In this document: piece after piece, positions 16,620-25,786 of the stretch
Position numbering within the stretch: position 1 is the stretch's first letter
How the letters are laid out: every line of letters begins with the position of its first letter
Assembly (NCBI GenBank): GCA_030425945.1
Contig: JAUHZL010000001.1
Coordinates: 1-47,623 of the forward strand
DNA length: 47,623 nt
Reading direction: 5' to 3'
Source of the DNA: Alphaproteobacteria bacterium
GTDB lineage: Bacteria; Pseudomonadota; Alphaproteobacteria; Rhodobacterales; Rhodobacteraceae
Notes under the pieces: generated by a model
Database searches by the model: none
The model's input: only the letters and a program-made list of their open reading frames with translations
Told to the model about the DNA's origin: nothing
Position numbers and translations under genes: made by a program

Positions 16620-17222
16620 ATGACCGGTCTCTGGAACGATTTCAACGACGCGCAGTCCAACACGAACCTCATCCCCAAGGGGACACTCGCCAAGGTGCGC
16701 CTGACGATCCGCCCCGGCGGCTTCGACGACCCCTCGCAGGGCTGGACCGGGGGCTATGCCACCCGCGGCTCCACCGGTGCCGTGTACCTCAACGGCGAGT
16801 TCACGGTGCTCGAGGGCCCCTATGCCCGGCGCAAGATCTTCACGCTGATCGGGCTGCACAGCCCCAAGGGCCCGGACTGGGCCAACATGGGCCGCAGTCT
16901 CGTCCGCGGCATGCTCAACTCGGCGCGCGGGATCTCGGACAAGGACACCTCGCCCGAGGCGCAGGCCGCACGTCGGATCAACGGCTTCGCCGACCTCGAC
17001 GGGCTCGAGTTCGTCGCGCGCATCGACATCGGCTCCGATGCCATGGGCGAGGACAAGAACGAGATCCGTGCCGCGGTCACGCCCGACCATCGCGACTATG
17101 CGCAGGTCATGGGCACGGCCGACCACGGCTACCAGCCGCCAGCACAGCCTGCGCCTCAGCCGGCGGCGGCACCGCAGGCCAACACTCCGGTGGCGCCGGG
17201 CCGTCCGGCCTGGGCGCAGTGA
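16620..17222 (+). CDS. Putative phage ssDNA-binding protein (DUF669-like)
   Basis: Follows the Sak4-like ATPase. EFTVLEGPYARRKIF, KNEI, Pro/Ala tail ending PAWAQ. Confidence 0.65.
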   Translation: MTGLWNDFNDAQSNTNLIPKGTLAKVRLTIRPGGFDDPSQGWTGGYATRGSTGAVYLNGEFTVLEGPYARRKIFTLIGLHSPKGPDWANMGRSLVRGMLNSARGISDKDTSPEAQAARRINGFADLDGLEFVARIDIGSDAMGEDKNEIRAAVTPDHRDYAQVMGTADHGYQPPAQPAPQPAAAPQANTPVAPGRPAWAQ

Positions 17223-17232
17223 GGGGCGTCCG

Positions 17233-18900
17233 ATGCGGCTTCGTCCCCGCCAGAAAGTCTTCGTGGAGCGCAGTCTCGCTGCGCTCTCGAAGCACGGCAA
17301 CACGCTCGGCGTCGCGCCCACGGGTGCGGGCAAGACGATCATGCTGTCCGCGGTCACCGGGAATCTGGTGGAGGAGACGGAGGCAAAGGCCTGCGTTCTC
17401 GCCCATCGCGACGAGCTGACCAGCCAGAACCGTGCGAAGTTCGGCCGGGTCAACCCGGAGGTGACCACATCCGTGGTGGATGCCGGCTCGAAGTCATGGG
17501 CCGGCCAGGTCACCTTCGCCATGGCGCCGACGCTGTCGCGGTCCGCCAGCCTGAAGGCGATGCCGCGGCTCGATCTTCTGGTGATCGACGAGGCGCATCA
17601 CGCGGTGGCCGAAAGCTATCGTAGGATCATCGACCGCGTGCGCGAGGCCAATCCCGACGCGCGCATCTTCGGCGTCACGGCGACGCCCAATCGCGGTGAC
17701 CGGAAGGGCCTGCGCGAGGTCTTCGACAATGTCGGCGACCAGGTCACGCTGGCCGAACTGATCACCTCGGGCCACCTCGTGCCGCCGCGCACCTTCGTGA
17801 TCGATGTGGGCGTGCAGGAGCAGCTGCGCGCTGTCCGAAAGACCGCGTCGGACTATGACATGGGCGCGGTTGCGGAGATCATGAACCGCGCACCGATCAC
17901 GGACGAGGTCATCCGGCACTGGCGCGAAAAGGCCGGCGACCGGCAGACCGTTGTCTTCTGCTCGACGGTCGCCCACGCGGAAAACGTCGCCGAGGCATTC
18001 AACAGCAACGGGATCCCCGCCGGCGTCATCCACGGCGATCTCGGCTCCGAGACGCGCCGCCAGATCCTCGCAGCCTACGCTGCTGGCGAAATCCAGGTCG
18101 TCGTCAACGTGGCGGTGCTGACCGAGGGCTGGGACCACCCGCCCACCTCCTGCGTGGTGCTGCTGCGGCCGAGCTCCTGCAAGTCCACCATGATCCAGAT
18201 GGTCGGGCGCGGTTTGCGCACGGTCGATCCCGCCGAGCATCCGGGCATCGTCAAGACCGACTGCATCGTGCTAGATTTCGGGATCTCGAGCCTGACCCAC
18301 GGCACGCTGGAGCAGGACGTCGATCTCGACGGCCGCGATCCCACGCCATGCGACGCGCCGACGAAGACCTGCCCGGAATGCGAGGCGACGGTCCCGCTCG
18401 CAGCCCGCCAATGCCCGATCTGCGGATACGAGTTCCTGAGCGACGGGGCGCCGCCGCTCGAAAGCGTGGTCCTGACCGAGATCGACCTCCTCAAGCGCTC
18501 CAGCTTCGCCTGGGAGGATCTATTCGACGACGACTCCGCGCTCATGGCGAGCGGGTTCAATGCCTGGGGCGGCGTGTTCTTCCTCGACGGGCGCTGGCAT
18601 GCCGTAGGCGGCGGAAAGAGCGAGCGCACGCGCCTTCTCGGGGTCGGCGAGCGCACCGTCTGTCTGGCGCAGGCCGACGACTGGTTGAACGAACACGAGA
18701 CCGACGAGAGTGCCTTCAAGTCCCGGCGCTGGCTGACGCAGACGCCGACCGAGAAGCAGCTGCAATACCTCTCGCCCGAGCAGCGGCAGGATTACGGGCT
18801 CACACGCTACCGCGCCTCGGCGCTGATCACCTTCCAGTTCAACCGGCGCGACATTCGCCGGCTCGTCATGTCGGCCGCACCCGATCGGAGGGCAGCGTGA
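17233..18900 (+). CDS. SF2 DEAD/DEAH-box helicase with zinc ribbon
   Basis: APTGAGKT, DEAHH, TAT, QMVGRGLR, CPEC...CPIC. Confidence 0.92.
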   Translation: MRLRPRQKVFVERSLAALSKHGNTLGVAPTGAGKTIMLSAVTGNLVEETEAKACVLAHRDELTSQNRAKFGRVNPEVTTSVVDAGSKSWAGQVTFAMAPTLSRSASLKAMPRLDLLVIDEAHHAVAESYRRIIDRVREANPDARIFGVTATPNRGDRKGLREVFDNVGDQVTLAELITSGHLVPPRTFVIDVGVQEQLRAVRKTASDYDMGAVAEIMNRAPITDEVIRHWREKAGDRQTVVFCSTVAHAENVAEAFNSNGIPAGVIHGDLGSETRRQILAAYAAGEIQVVVNVAVLTEGWDHPPTSCVVLLRPSSCKSTMIQMVGRGLRTVDPAEHPGIVKTDCIVLDFGISSLTHGTLEQDVDLDGRDPTPCDAPTKTCPECEATVPLAARQCPICGYEFLSDGAPPLESVVLTEIDLLKRSSFAWEDLFDDDSALMASGFNAWGGVFFLDGRWHAVGGGKSERTRLLGVGERTVCLAQADDWLNEHETDESAFKSRRWLTQTPTEKQLQYLSPEQRQDYGLTRYRASALITFQFNRRDIRRLVMSAAPDRRAA

Positions 18901-19325
18901 ATCATGTCGCGCAAATCCCATCCCCGTCCGCAGAGGCTCCGGATCGACCGGGCCGTGATCGCCGCTGGCATCCGCGACCGGTGCTCTGCGCCGTCTGCAC
19001 GGCGCGCACCCGCGGCTTCGGCTGGTTCGATCCCCACCGGCCGCGCCCAACCCGCACCCGCCGCTGGTTCTGTTCCATGGGCTGCCAGGCGGCCTTCACC
19101 CGCAAAGCAAAGAGAGGACTGAGCATGGTCGATTTCACCGAAGAGGAAACCCAGGCGCTGCCCGGCGTGATGCGCGCACTCGCCCCGGAGATGGAGCGCA
19201 TCGGCTGGGACCGGCAGTTGGGCCAGCTGACCCAGAACGACATGCACCGGCTGATCGTCACCACCATCGAGGCGTTCCGCGCCGAGATGGCGGAGATCGC
19301 CGCGGAGTCGGAGATCCCGTTCTGA
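18897..19325 (+). CDS. DUF6511-like phage protein with N-terminal Cys motifs
   Basis: GTGA overlap with the helicase. CAVC and FCSMGC motifs, ends EIPF. Alternative start at ATG 19125. Confidence 0.6.
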   Translation: MNHVAQIPSPSAEAPDRPGRDRRWHPRPVLCAVCTARTRGFGWFDPHRPRPTRTRRWFCSMGCQAAFTRKAKRGLSMVDFTEEETQALPGVMRALAPEMERIGWDRQLGQLTQNDMHRLIVTTIEAFRAEMAEIAAESEIPF

Positions 19326-20083
19326 TGCTCGACTACAACCATCGCCCTGGCATCGCGGAGCGCATCAATGCCGCCGTGGATGCCGCGCTCGAGGCCGAAC
19401 GGGCAGCAACACCCGCGCGGGATTACCTCGGCGCGTCCCGGCTCGGTCATGCCTGCGAGCGCGCGCTGCAGTTCGAGTTCGCGGGCGCGCCGAAGGACGA
19501 GGGCCAGGACTACTCCGGCCGATCGCTGCGGATCTTCGCGATCGGGCATGAGCTCGAGGATCTCGCCATCCGCTGGCTGCGGACGGCGGGGCTCGATCTG
19601 GTCACCCAGAAACGTGACGGCGGCCAGTTCGGCTTCTCTGTCGCGGGCGGACGGATTCGTGGCCATGTCGACGGAATCGTCGTCGAGGCCCCCGTGGCGC
19701 TGGGGCTGCGCGCCCCGGCGCTCTGGGAATGCAAGACGATGAACGCGAAGAACTGGCGCGAGACGGTGGCCAAGGGCGTGACCGCCGCGAAGCCTGTCTA
19801 TGCCGCGCAGATCGCGCTGTACCAGGCCTACATGGAAGTGACAGTGCCGGGCATCAGCGCGAACCCCGCGCTCTTCACCGCGATCAACAAGGACACGGCC
19901 GAGCTGCACCACGAGCTCGTTCCCTTCGACGCCGACCTCGCTCAGCGCATGTCGGACCGCGGGGTGCGGATCCTGCAGGCGACCGACGCGGGGGAGCTGC
20001 TCCCGCGCATCGCCGCCCACCGCGACTTCTTCGAATGCCGGTTCTGCCCGTGGGCCGAGCGCTGCTGGGGATTGCCGGCATGA
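19325..20083 (+). CDS. PD-(D/E)XK (Cas4/RecB-like) exonuclease
   Basis: C46, GHVDG, WECKT, QIALYQ, ECRFCPWAERC (Fe-S-type Cys cluster). Confidence 0.85.
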   Translation: MLDYNHRPGIAERINAAVDAALEAERAATPARDYLGASRLGHACERALQFEFAGAPKDEGQDYSGRSLRIFAIGHELEDLAIRWLRTAGLDLVTQKRDGGQFGFSVAGGRIRGHVDGIVVEAPVALGLRAPALWECKTMNAKNWRETVAKGVTAAKPVYAAQIALYQAYMEVTVPGISANPALFTAINKDTAELHHELVPFDADLAQRMSDRGVRILQATDAGELLPRIAAHRDFFECRFCPWAERCWGLPA

Positions 20084-22371
20084 GCGACGACAACATCATC
20101 CATTTCAATCCCTGGCGGGATTTCAACGACGCGGCGCCCCTGGACGATCCCTTCGCGGTCGAACCGGACGCGGGTCAGATCGCTCGCTTCGTCGATGTCG
20201 TCTTCGGCTATTCCGAGGGCTTGATCCCGGTCCGCGGCTTTGTCGACAAGGGTCAGGGCAAGGACGGTCGGCCGCACAACATCTGGATCGAGGCGGACGC
20301 GACGGTGACCGAAAAGCTCGCCACCTTTGCGAGCTGGGCGGCACGCGAGGGCGCGGCGGTCTACGTCATCCCCGGCACAGTCGCGGAAACGGGCCAGGCT
20401 CGGGCTGCGGATGTCCTGCAGATGCAAAGCCTCGTGGTCGATCTCGACTCGGGCGACATCCCGGCGAAGCTCGATCACCTTCTCCACCATCTCGGGAGAC
20501 CGACCCTGATAGTCGAGAGTGGTGGCCGCACGCCGGAGGGGGCTACCAAGCTCCATGTCTGGTGGAAACTGACCGAGCCCGCCGAAGGCGCCGATCTGGA
20601 CCGGCTCTGCCAGCTCCGCGGCGAGATCGCGCTGAAGGTCGGCGGCGACACGCATTTCCGTTCGCCCCACCAGCCGATCCGCGTGCCGGGGACAGTCTAT
20701 CACAAGGGCGGGCTCACCCGGCTCGTGCAGATCCGCGAAGCGACCGAGCTCGAGGTCGATCTCGCGGAGATGGCCGAGCGCGTCGCCGACATGCCACCCA
20801 TGCCTGGCGTCGGCATGGCATCGGCCGAGCCCCGCGAGAAACCCGCCATCGGCGATGTGCTTATGACCCCGGTGCACCAGGGCGGCACGGACGACTGGTC
20901 ACGCTTCGAGGGCGCCTCGGCCGCCATCGGCTATTTCCTGCGGCTGGTCCACGAGGGCCGGCTGTCGATGGACGAGGGCTGGACGGCGATCTGCGGCTAC
21001 AACGCCGCGATGCTCCGCCCCGCCTGGCCGCTCGACCGGCTGAAGCGCGAGACGAACCGCCTGTGGGAGCTGCACATCAAAAGGCACGGGCCGCCGCTGA
21101 TCCGCCTCGACAGCGCGGCGCCCACGCAGATGGACCTACCGACATTCAGCCTCGGCGCACTGCTCGACGACACGAGCCCCATGCCGGACGACATCATCGG
21201 TCCCCGCGTGCTGACCCCAGGCGGGCTCCTCGTGCTGGGCGGCGCGCCCAAGGTCGGCAAGAGCGACCTGCTGATCGCACTGCTCGTGCACATGGCGGCG
21301 GGCGTGCCCTTCCTCGGCTTCACCCCGCCGCGGCCGCTCCGGGTCTTCTATCTCCAGGCCGAAATCCAGTACCACTACCTGCGCGAACGCATGCAGCAGA
21401 TCGGCCTGCCGCCCGAGCTGATCGCGGCCGCGCGCGACAACCTGATCGTCACGCCGAAGCTGCGCATGCTGCTGGATGCCGAGGGCAGCGCCCGCGTGGC
21501 CGAGGCTATCAGGGCCGCGTTCCCCGACGAACCGCTCGACATCCTCTGCATCGACCCGATCCGCAATCTCTTCGATGGCGGGCCCGATGGCGGCGGCGAG
21601 AACGACAACGCCGCAATGATGTTCTTCCTGAAGGACCGGGTCGAGGTGCTGCGCGACCACGTCAATCCCGACTGCGGCGTGATCCTCGTCCATCACACCA
21701 AGAAGCTCTCGAAGCACCAGGTGAAGGAAGATCCGTTCCTCGCGCTCTCCGGCGCCAGTGCGCTCCGCGGCTTCTATACCACAGGCCTGATCCTGCACCG
21801 GCCGGAAGAGGACTCGACCCAAAGGCGGTTGGAAATTGAGCTCCGAAACGGCCCCGCGCTGCCGGCGAAGCTCGTCGATAAGCTGGATGGCGAATGGGTC
21901 GAGATCAATCCGATGAACGAGAGGCTGGTTCGTGCGGAGGTCGGCGCCAAATACGACGCCGAGCGTGATCGCAAGCGGGACGTGATCCTTTCCCTCCTCC
22001 TCGACGAGGCGGCCGAGGGGCGCCTCTACACCGTCAATCAGTTCGCTGAAGCCTTCGAGAACAAGGCTGGTCTGGGCGGCAAGGACTCGATCCGCGACCG
22101 GATCGCCGTGCAGGCCACCAAGGGCGCCATCAAGTTCATCCGCGACGGCGCGCCCTACGGCCTCGGGCCGTCACGTTCGCGCTTCGGGTACCTCTGCGTC
22201 GAGGGGATGGTCATGCCCACGGGCCGCGAAAATGTCGATCCGGCGACCGGTGAGGTCACAGCCGCCAGCGTCGCTGTGCTGCCCACCCATTACAAATCGC
22301 CACAGACCGGGGCGCTCCTTGAGGTCGAGAACCCGAATGTCTGGGTCTATCCAGAGGGGGATCGGCCATGA
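20080..22371 (+). CDS. Primase-helicase (RepB-like primase + AAA_25)
   Basis: VVDLD, ESGG, KLHVWW, IRVPGT, GAPKVGKS Walker A, IDP Walker B, HHTKK, SGASAL. Confidence 0.88.
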   Translation: MSDDNIIHFNPWRDFNDAAPLDDPFAVEPDAGQIARFVDVVFGYSEGLIPVRGFVDKGQGKDGRPHNIWIEADATVTEKLATFASWAAREGAAVYVIPGTVAETGQARAADVLQMQSLVVDLDSGDIPAKLDHLLHHLGRPTLIVESGGRTPEGATKLHVWWKLTEPAEGADLDRLCQLRGEIALKVGGDTHFRSPHQPIRVPGTVYHKGGLTRLVQIREATELEVDLAEMAERVADMPPMPGVGMASAEPREKPAIGDVLMTPVHQGGTDDWSRFEGASAAIGYFLRLVHEGRLSMDEGWTAICGYNAAMLRPAWPLDRLKRETNRLWELHIKRHGPPLIRLDSAAPTQMDLPTFSLGALLDDTSPMPDDIIGPRVLTPGGLLVLGGAPKVGKSDLLIALLVHMAAGVPFLGFTPPRPLRVFYLQAEIQYHYLRERMQQIGLPPELIAAARDNLIVTPKLRMLLDAEGSARVAEAIRAAFPDEPLDILCIDPIRNLFDGGPDGGGENDNAAMMFFLKDRVEVLRDHVNPDCGVILVHHTKKLSKHQVKEDPFLALSGASALRGFYTTGLILHRPEEDSTQRRLEIELRNGPALPAKLVDKLDGEWVEINPMNERLVRAEVGAKYDAERDRKRDVILSLLLDEAAEGRLYTVNQFAEAFENKAGLGGKDSIRDRIAVQATKGAIKFIRDGAPYGLGPSRSRFGYLCVEGMVMPTGRENVDPATGEVTAASVAVLPTHYKSPQTGALLEVENPNVWVYPEGDRP

Positions 22372-22411
22372 TCGCCCCCACTGATCGCTCCGCTCAGAAT
22401 TGCGCAGGGGC

Positions 22412-22672
22412 CAGTTTGAACCAGATGCGGGGCCTTTTCGAAACTGCTCCGCCATCCGTTCGCGGACTCCCGCAAACGTCCGCTGTGGCCAGTTTCGGCC
22501 CGCTTCCGAAACTGCCCCTGCAGAATTGCGCTCGGGCCGCAAAGGCTACGCGGCAACCAGTTTCGGGCGAGCCAACCGCAAGCACCCTCCCGAAACTGGA
22601 ATTTCCATTCTTTGTCAGGGTGTTGACTGAGTGTTCCAGTTTCGGGGGTGAAACCACCCCCTACGGGGGTGG
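22412..22672. repeat. Iteron-like CGAAACTG array, candidate replication origin
   Basis: CGAAACTG at 22439, 22507, 22591 and its complement CAGTTTCG at 22490, 22558, 22637. Confidence 0.65.
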
Positions 22673-22838
22673 GGGAGAACGCCGCAGGCGGGTTCTCCCA
22701 CGCCCACCCCCAGGGGTTTCGCGCGCGTGGCCCGTCCTCGCCCGAACCACCCGATCCGACGACGGCGGCCCCGTACCGCCAAGCACCAGGCCGCCGTCGT
22801 CTTCCACCCGAGCAGCCAACCAGAAGAGGAGACCACCC

Positions 22839-23375
22839 ATGGCTGACCTGACTCTCGCCACCAGCGCACGTGAGGCAATCCCCGATCTGCCTGTGGCGCA
22901 CCGCGCCGATCGCACCTTGCTTGCGCTCGATCTCGGCACCACCACGGGATGGGCCCTGCATGGGGCCGACGGGCTGATCACCTCCGGCACAGTGTCCTTC
23001 CGTCCCGGTCGCTTCGATGGCGGCGGCATGCGCTACCTGCGCTTCACCAACTGGCTGGGTGAGCTGGATCGGCTCTCCGGGCCAATCGCCGCGATCTGGT
23101 TCGAGGAGGTCCGCCGGCACGCCGGCACGGACGCCGCGCATGTCTATGGCGGGCTCATGGCCACGCTGACCTCGTGGGCAGAGCTGCGCGGCGTGCCCTA
23201 CGAGGGCGTCCCCGTCGGCACGATCAAGCGCTTCGCCACCGGCAAGGGCAACGCCAACAAGGACGCCATGATCGCGGCTGCCCGTGCCCGTGGCTTCAGC
23301 CCGGCCGACGACAACGAGGCCGATGCCATCGCGATCCTGTTCTGGGCGCTGGAGACCAAGGGAGGCGTCCAATGA
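22839..23375 (+). CDS. RuvC-like Holliday junction resolvase
   Basis: LALDLGTTTGWA, FEE, KRFATGKGNANK, DNEADA. GAGGAG RBS before ATG 22839. Confidence 0.85.
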   Translation: MADLTLATSAREAIPDLPVAHRADRTLLALDLGTTTGWALHGADGLITSGTVSFRPGRFDGGGMRYLRFTNWLGELDRLSGPIAAIWFEEVRRHAGTDAAHVYGGLMATLTSWAELRGVPYEGVPVGTIKRFATGKGNANKDAMIAAARARGFSPADDNEADAIAILFWALETKGGVQ

Positions 23376-23569
23376 GTTGGCATCCCAAGGGCTATGGCGG
23401 CCATCGCCGCGACCCCGAACAGGTCAAGCGCGAGGGCTGGAAGGAGCAAGGTGTGTTCGCAGTTTCGCTTGACGACCAGAGACTTACTTGGCCTGAGCGG
23501 GAACTGGTACGGCAACTCGGCGAGCGTCTCTACGGCGCGCGCCCCTCGGAACAGGAGGTGCAGCGATGA
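23372..23569 (+). CDS. Small hypothetical phage protein, 65 aa
   Basis: GGAGG RBS, ATGA overlaps on both sides. Confidence 0.7.
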   Translation: MSWHPKGYGGHRRDPEQVKREGWKEQGVFAVSLDDQRLTWPERELVRQLGERLYGARPSEQEVQR

Positions 23570-23994
23570 CGGACTGGACCCCGGCAATGGTCGAGGAGCG
23601 GCTCGCCGTGGCCGCTCTCGTGCTGAAGCGCATGCCCGAGCCTAGGCGACAGGGATACTTCAGCACGTGGCCCGAGATCGTCCACAGCTTCGGCGACAAG
23701 GTCGGCCAGGAACCTAAGCCGATGCGCGTGCTGCCGTCCCCACAGGACATAAGCCGGATGGAGGAGACCCTGACCTGGACGGCCTGCCTCGAACCTCTCG
23801 ACGGCAAGATTGTCTGGATGAAGGCGCATGGCGAGCGCTGGAAGGAGATCTGCTGGGCGGTCGGTCTGCGGCGCTCCGCGGCGCATCAGCACTGGCAATA
23901 CGGACTTTCGGTGATCGCGCTGACGCTCAACAGGCGGTCGTTCAATCGCAGTCTGTCGAAGCGCAAGGTGATTGCGCTGGCCGCTGGCGGGTAA
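23566..23994 (+). CDS. DUF6362-like HTH protein (possible late-gene activator)
   Basis: C-terminal WKEICWAVGLRRSAAHQHW HTH. Last gene of the early operon. Confidence 0.65.
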   Translation: MTDWTPAMVEERLAVAALVLKRMPEPRRQGYFSTWPEIVHSFGDKVGQEPKPMRVLPSPQDISRMEETLTWTACLEPLDGKIVWMKAHGERWKEICWAVGLRRSAAHQHWQYGLSVIALTLNRRSFNRSLSKRKVIALAAGG

Positions 23995-24203
23995 GCCTTT
24001 GGGCACAATAGGAAAGTGTCCGCCGGACAGTTTTCGCTAAGACAAAAATGGCTCTCCCGGGTTAGAAAACGGATACACTCGGGAGAGGCGCGCGCGGGAC
24101 GGACTCGAGCGAAAACATCCTTTCGTTGGCGAACCCGTTACGAAAGGAAAGGCGCTTATCCCTTCCTTGTGGGCCGCTTTCCGACACCGCCGCCCAAGTC
24201 CGC

Positions 24204-24418
24204 GGTTCCTTCCTGGCGACTATGTATGCTGGCGGGCTTGGCGCGGGATTTCGCCAGCGTCAGGGCCGGATTTTTGGGAAGCCACCCGAAAGCCGGAGCC
24301 ACCCGCCACCCGCTCGAACCCCAATGAACGCTGGCCTCTGGGCCGGATACCCCGGACACCGCCGGACCCCGCGTGGAGTCCGGCGTGGCATCCGGAATCC
24401 GGAGTCCGGCCGGCATCC
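24204..24418 (+). other. Candidate lambda-like cos site (cosQ/cosN plus downstream repeat array)
   Basis: GGTTCCT ... TATG-CTGGCGGGCTTGG-CGCGGGATTTCGC resembles lambda GGGTCCT ... TACG-GGGCGGCGACCT-CGCGGGTTTTCGC. Followed by GCCACCC x3 and GG-N3-CC x8. Confidence 0.55.
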
Positions 24419-24444
24419 ACCTCATCGACGGAAACCACCCGACC

Positions 24445-25782
24445 ATGACGCTGAGCTTCGCCCCCGAGCGGATCGAGATGTGGCCGCTGGCCAAGCTCCA
24501 GCCCTATGCGAAGAACGCGAAGGTGCACGGCGCGGACCAGGTCGCGAAGATCGCCGCCAGCATGGCCGAGTTCGGCTGGACCGTGCCCTGCCTCGTCGGC
24601 GAGGACGGCGAGCTGATCGCGGGCCACGGGCGCGTGCTGGCTGCGGCGCAGCTCGGGCTGACCGAGGCGCCGGTGATCGTGCTAGGCCATCTGACCGAGG
24701 CGCAGCGCCGGGCCTACCGCATCGCGGATAACAAGCTCACGGAACTCGGCAGCTGGGACGAGGCGCTGCTCTCGGCGGAGCTGCAGGACCTGCTGGCCGA
24801 CGACTACGACCTGTCGCTGGTCGGCTTTTCCGACGGCGAACTCGACAAGCTGCTGGCTTTCGATCCGGACGGGGGCGGTGAAGAAGAAGGTGGCGTCGGC
24901 GGCTCCATGCCTCCGGTGACCATCCCCGAACCGCCGCGCAACCCAGTGTCGCGGACGGGCGACCTGTGGATCCTCGGCGACCACCGCCTCCTCTGCGGGG
25001 ACTCGACCTCGCATGACGACGTGCGACGCCTGATGAACGGCGAACGAGCCATCCTCTTCGCCACCGACCCGCCGTATCTCGTCGACTACGACGGCTCGAA
25101 CCATCCGACCCGGAACAAGGACTGGTCGCAGTCCTACGGCGTCACCTGGGACGACAGCAGCCAGGGCGCGGAGCTCTACGACGGCTTCATCGCCGCCGCC
25201 GTCGCCCAGGCGATCACCGAGGACGCGGCCTGGTACTGCTGGCACGCCTCTCGACGCCAGGCGATGCTCGAGGCTTGCTGGGAGAAGGCCGGCGCCTTCG
25301 TGCACCAGCAGATCATCTGGGTGAAGGACCGCGGTGTCCTGACCCGGTCGCACTACCTATGGAAGCACGAGCCCTGCTTCATGGGCTGGCGCCGCCCGAA
25401 CCGACCGCCGAAGGTGGCCGAGCAGACGCTGCCCTCGACATGGGAAATGCCGTCCTTCGCGAAGGACGAGCGCCCGGACCATCCGACGCCGAAACCGCTT
25501 GACGCCTTCGGGATCCCGATGCGCCAGCATGTGGCGCGGGGCGGGCTCTGCTACGAGCCGTTCTCCGGCTCCGGCTCGCAGATCATGGCGGGCGAAGCCA
25601 ACGGCCGACGTGTCTTCGCGATGGAGATCAGCCCGGCCTATGTCGATGTCGCCGTGGAGCGCTGGCAGGCCGAGACCGGCCGCGACGCAATCCTCGACGG
25701 CGACGGCCGGACCTTCGCCGAAGTGAAGGCCGAGCGGCTGGGCGAGACGCCGGCCGCGGCCGAGGGGGCCCACGCGGCCTGA
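24445..25782 (+). CDS. ParB-like domain + N6/N4 DNA methyltransferase
   Basis: N-terminal PYAKNAK.H...IAGHGR...ADNKL ParB-like domain. TDPPY, HPTPKP and EPFSGSGS motifs (beta-class order). Confidence 0.9.
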   Translation: MTLSFAPERIEMWPLAKLQPYAKNAKVHGADQVAKIAASMAEFGWTVPCLVGEDGELIAGHGRVLAAAQLGLTEAPVIVLGHLTEAQRRAYRIADNKLTELGSWDEALLSAELQDLLADDYDLSLVGFSDGELDKLLAFDPDGGGEEEGGVGGSMPPVTIPEPPRNPVSRTGDLWILGDHRLLCGDSTSHDDVRRLMNGERAILFATDPPYLVDYDGSNHPTRNKDWSQSYGVTWDDSSQGAELYDGFIAAAVAQAITEDAAWYCWHASRRQAMLEACWEKAGAFVHQQIIWVKDRGVLTRSHYLWKHEPCFMGWRRPNRPPKVAEQTLPSTWEMPSFAKDERPDHPTPKPLDAFGIPMRQHVARGGLCYEPFSGSGSQIMAGEANGRRVFAMEISPAYVDVAVERWQAETGRDAILDGDGRTFAEVKAERLGETPAAAEGAHAA

Positions 25783-25786
25783 CGAC

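Noticed and set aside
18904-19122. 72-aa overlapping ORF in the DUF6511-like gene as a second dual-coding case
   Set aside because: Ala/Arg/Pro-rich with no motif. The competing frame has Cys motifs and GTGA coupling.
19325-20083. Cas4 of a CRISPR system
   Set aside because: It sits in a phage recombination/replication operon with no cas1, cas2 or array. Cas4-like exonucleases are common in phages.
22368-22838. 157-aa N-terminal extension of the RuvC-like gene
   Set aside because: Low-complexity translation over a DNA repeat array, with a strong RBS at the internal ATG 22839. Better explained as a non-coding origin, although the ATGA overlap at 22368 leaves some doubt.
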